From Hypanus sabinus (taxonomy: Eukaryota), in assembly GCF_030144855.1 (NCBI RefSeq), contig NC_082709.1, positions 103,044,001 through 103,108,000 on the forward strand: 64,000 nt of DNA. The letters are read 5' to 3'. The position numbers and the translations under genes are program-made. Shown piece after piece: positions 63,927 through 64,000 of the stretch; the stretch's first letter is position 1; every line of letters begins with the position of its first letter. The notes beneath the pieces were generated by a model. That model was given only the letters and a program-made list of their open reading frames with translations, was not told the DNA's origin and made no database searches.

Positions 63927-64000
63927 CTGTAGAGAAAGAAGGACAAGAAAGAGAATATGAAGGCATATTCCAAAATAATTCTAAGCATGACACTAATATA

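Noticed and set aside
63548-63988. 146-aa ORF as a stand-alone membrane protein
   Set aside because: Only 63731-63926 is exon; the flanks are intron read-through past clear splice sites.

Overview
Vertebrate genomic DNA. The repeat landscape suggests a cartilaginous fish, probably a ray (inference). Two host genes lie on the minus strand. One is a complete two-exon KBTBD7 (KBTBD6/7 co-ortholog; BTB-BACK-Kelch CUL3 adaptor, 641 aa; exons 15227-15658 and 11177-12670) with a CpG-island promoter. The other is the last five coding exons of TMCO3 (63731-63926, 59535-59685, 55588-55667, 51280-51429, 51047-51160), three of which the ORF track misses. Most of the rest is decayed mobile DNA: many CR1 LINEs, L1-like and Rex/Babar LINEs, V-SINEs, Penelope-like elements carrying minimal hammerhead ribozymes, hAT and Tc1/mariner MITEs, and a Tc1 transposon split by four nested retro-insertions. 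There is also a Gypsy element with a SCAN-like gag and a degraded endogenous-retrovirus env plus LTR. The most notable points are the intron-containing KBTBD7 next to TMCO3 with a degenerate ATG8-interacting motif, three co-oriented intact hammerhead cores, and the ERV env remnant. I found no clearly novel intact protein system. Nearly all short ORFs in the track are TE fragments or noise.
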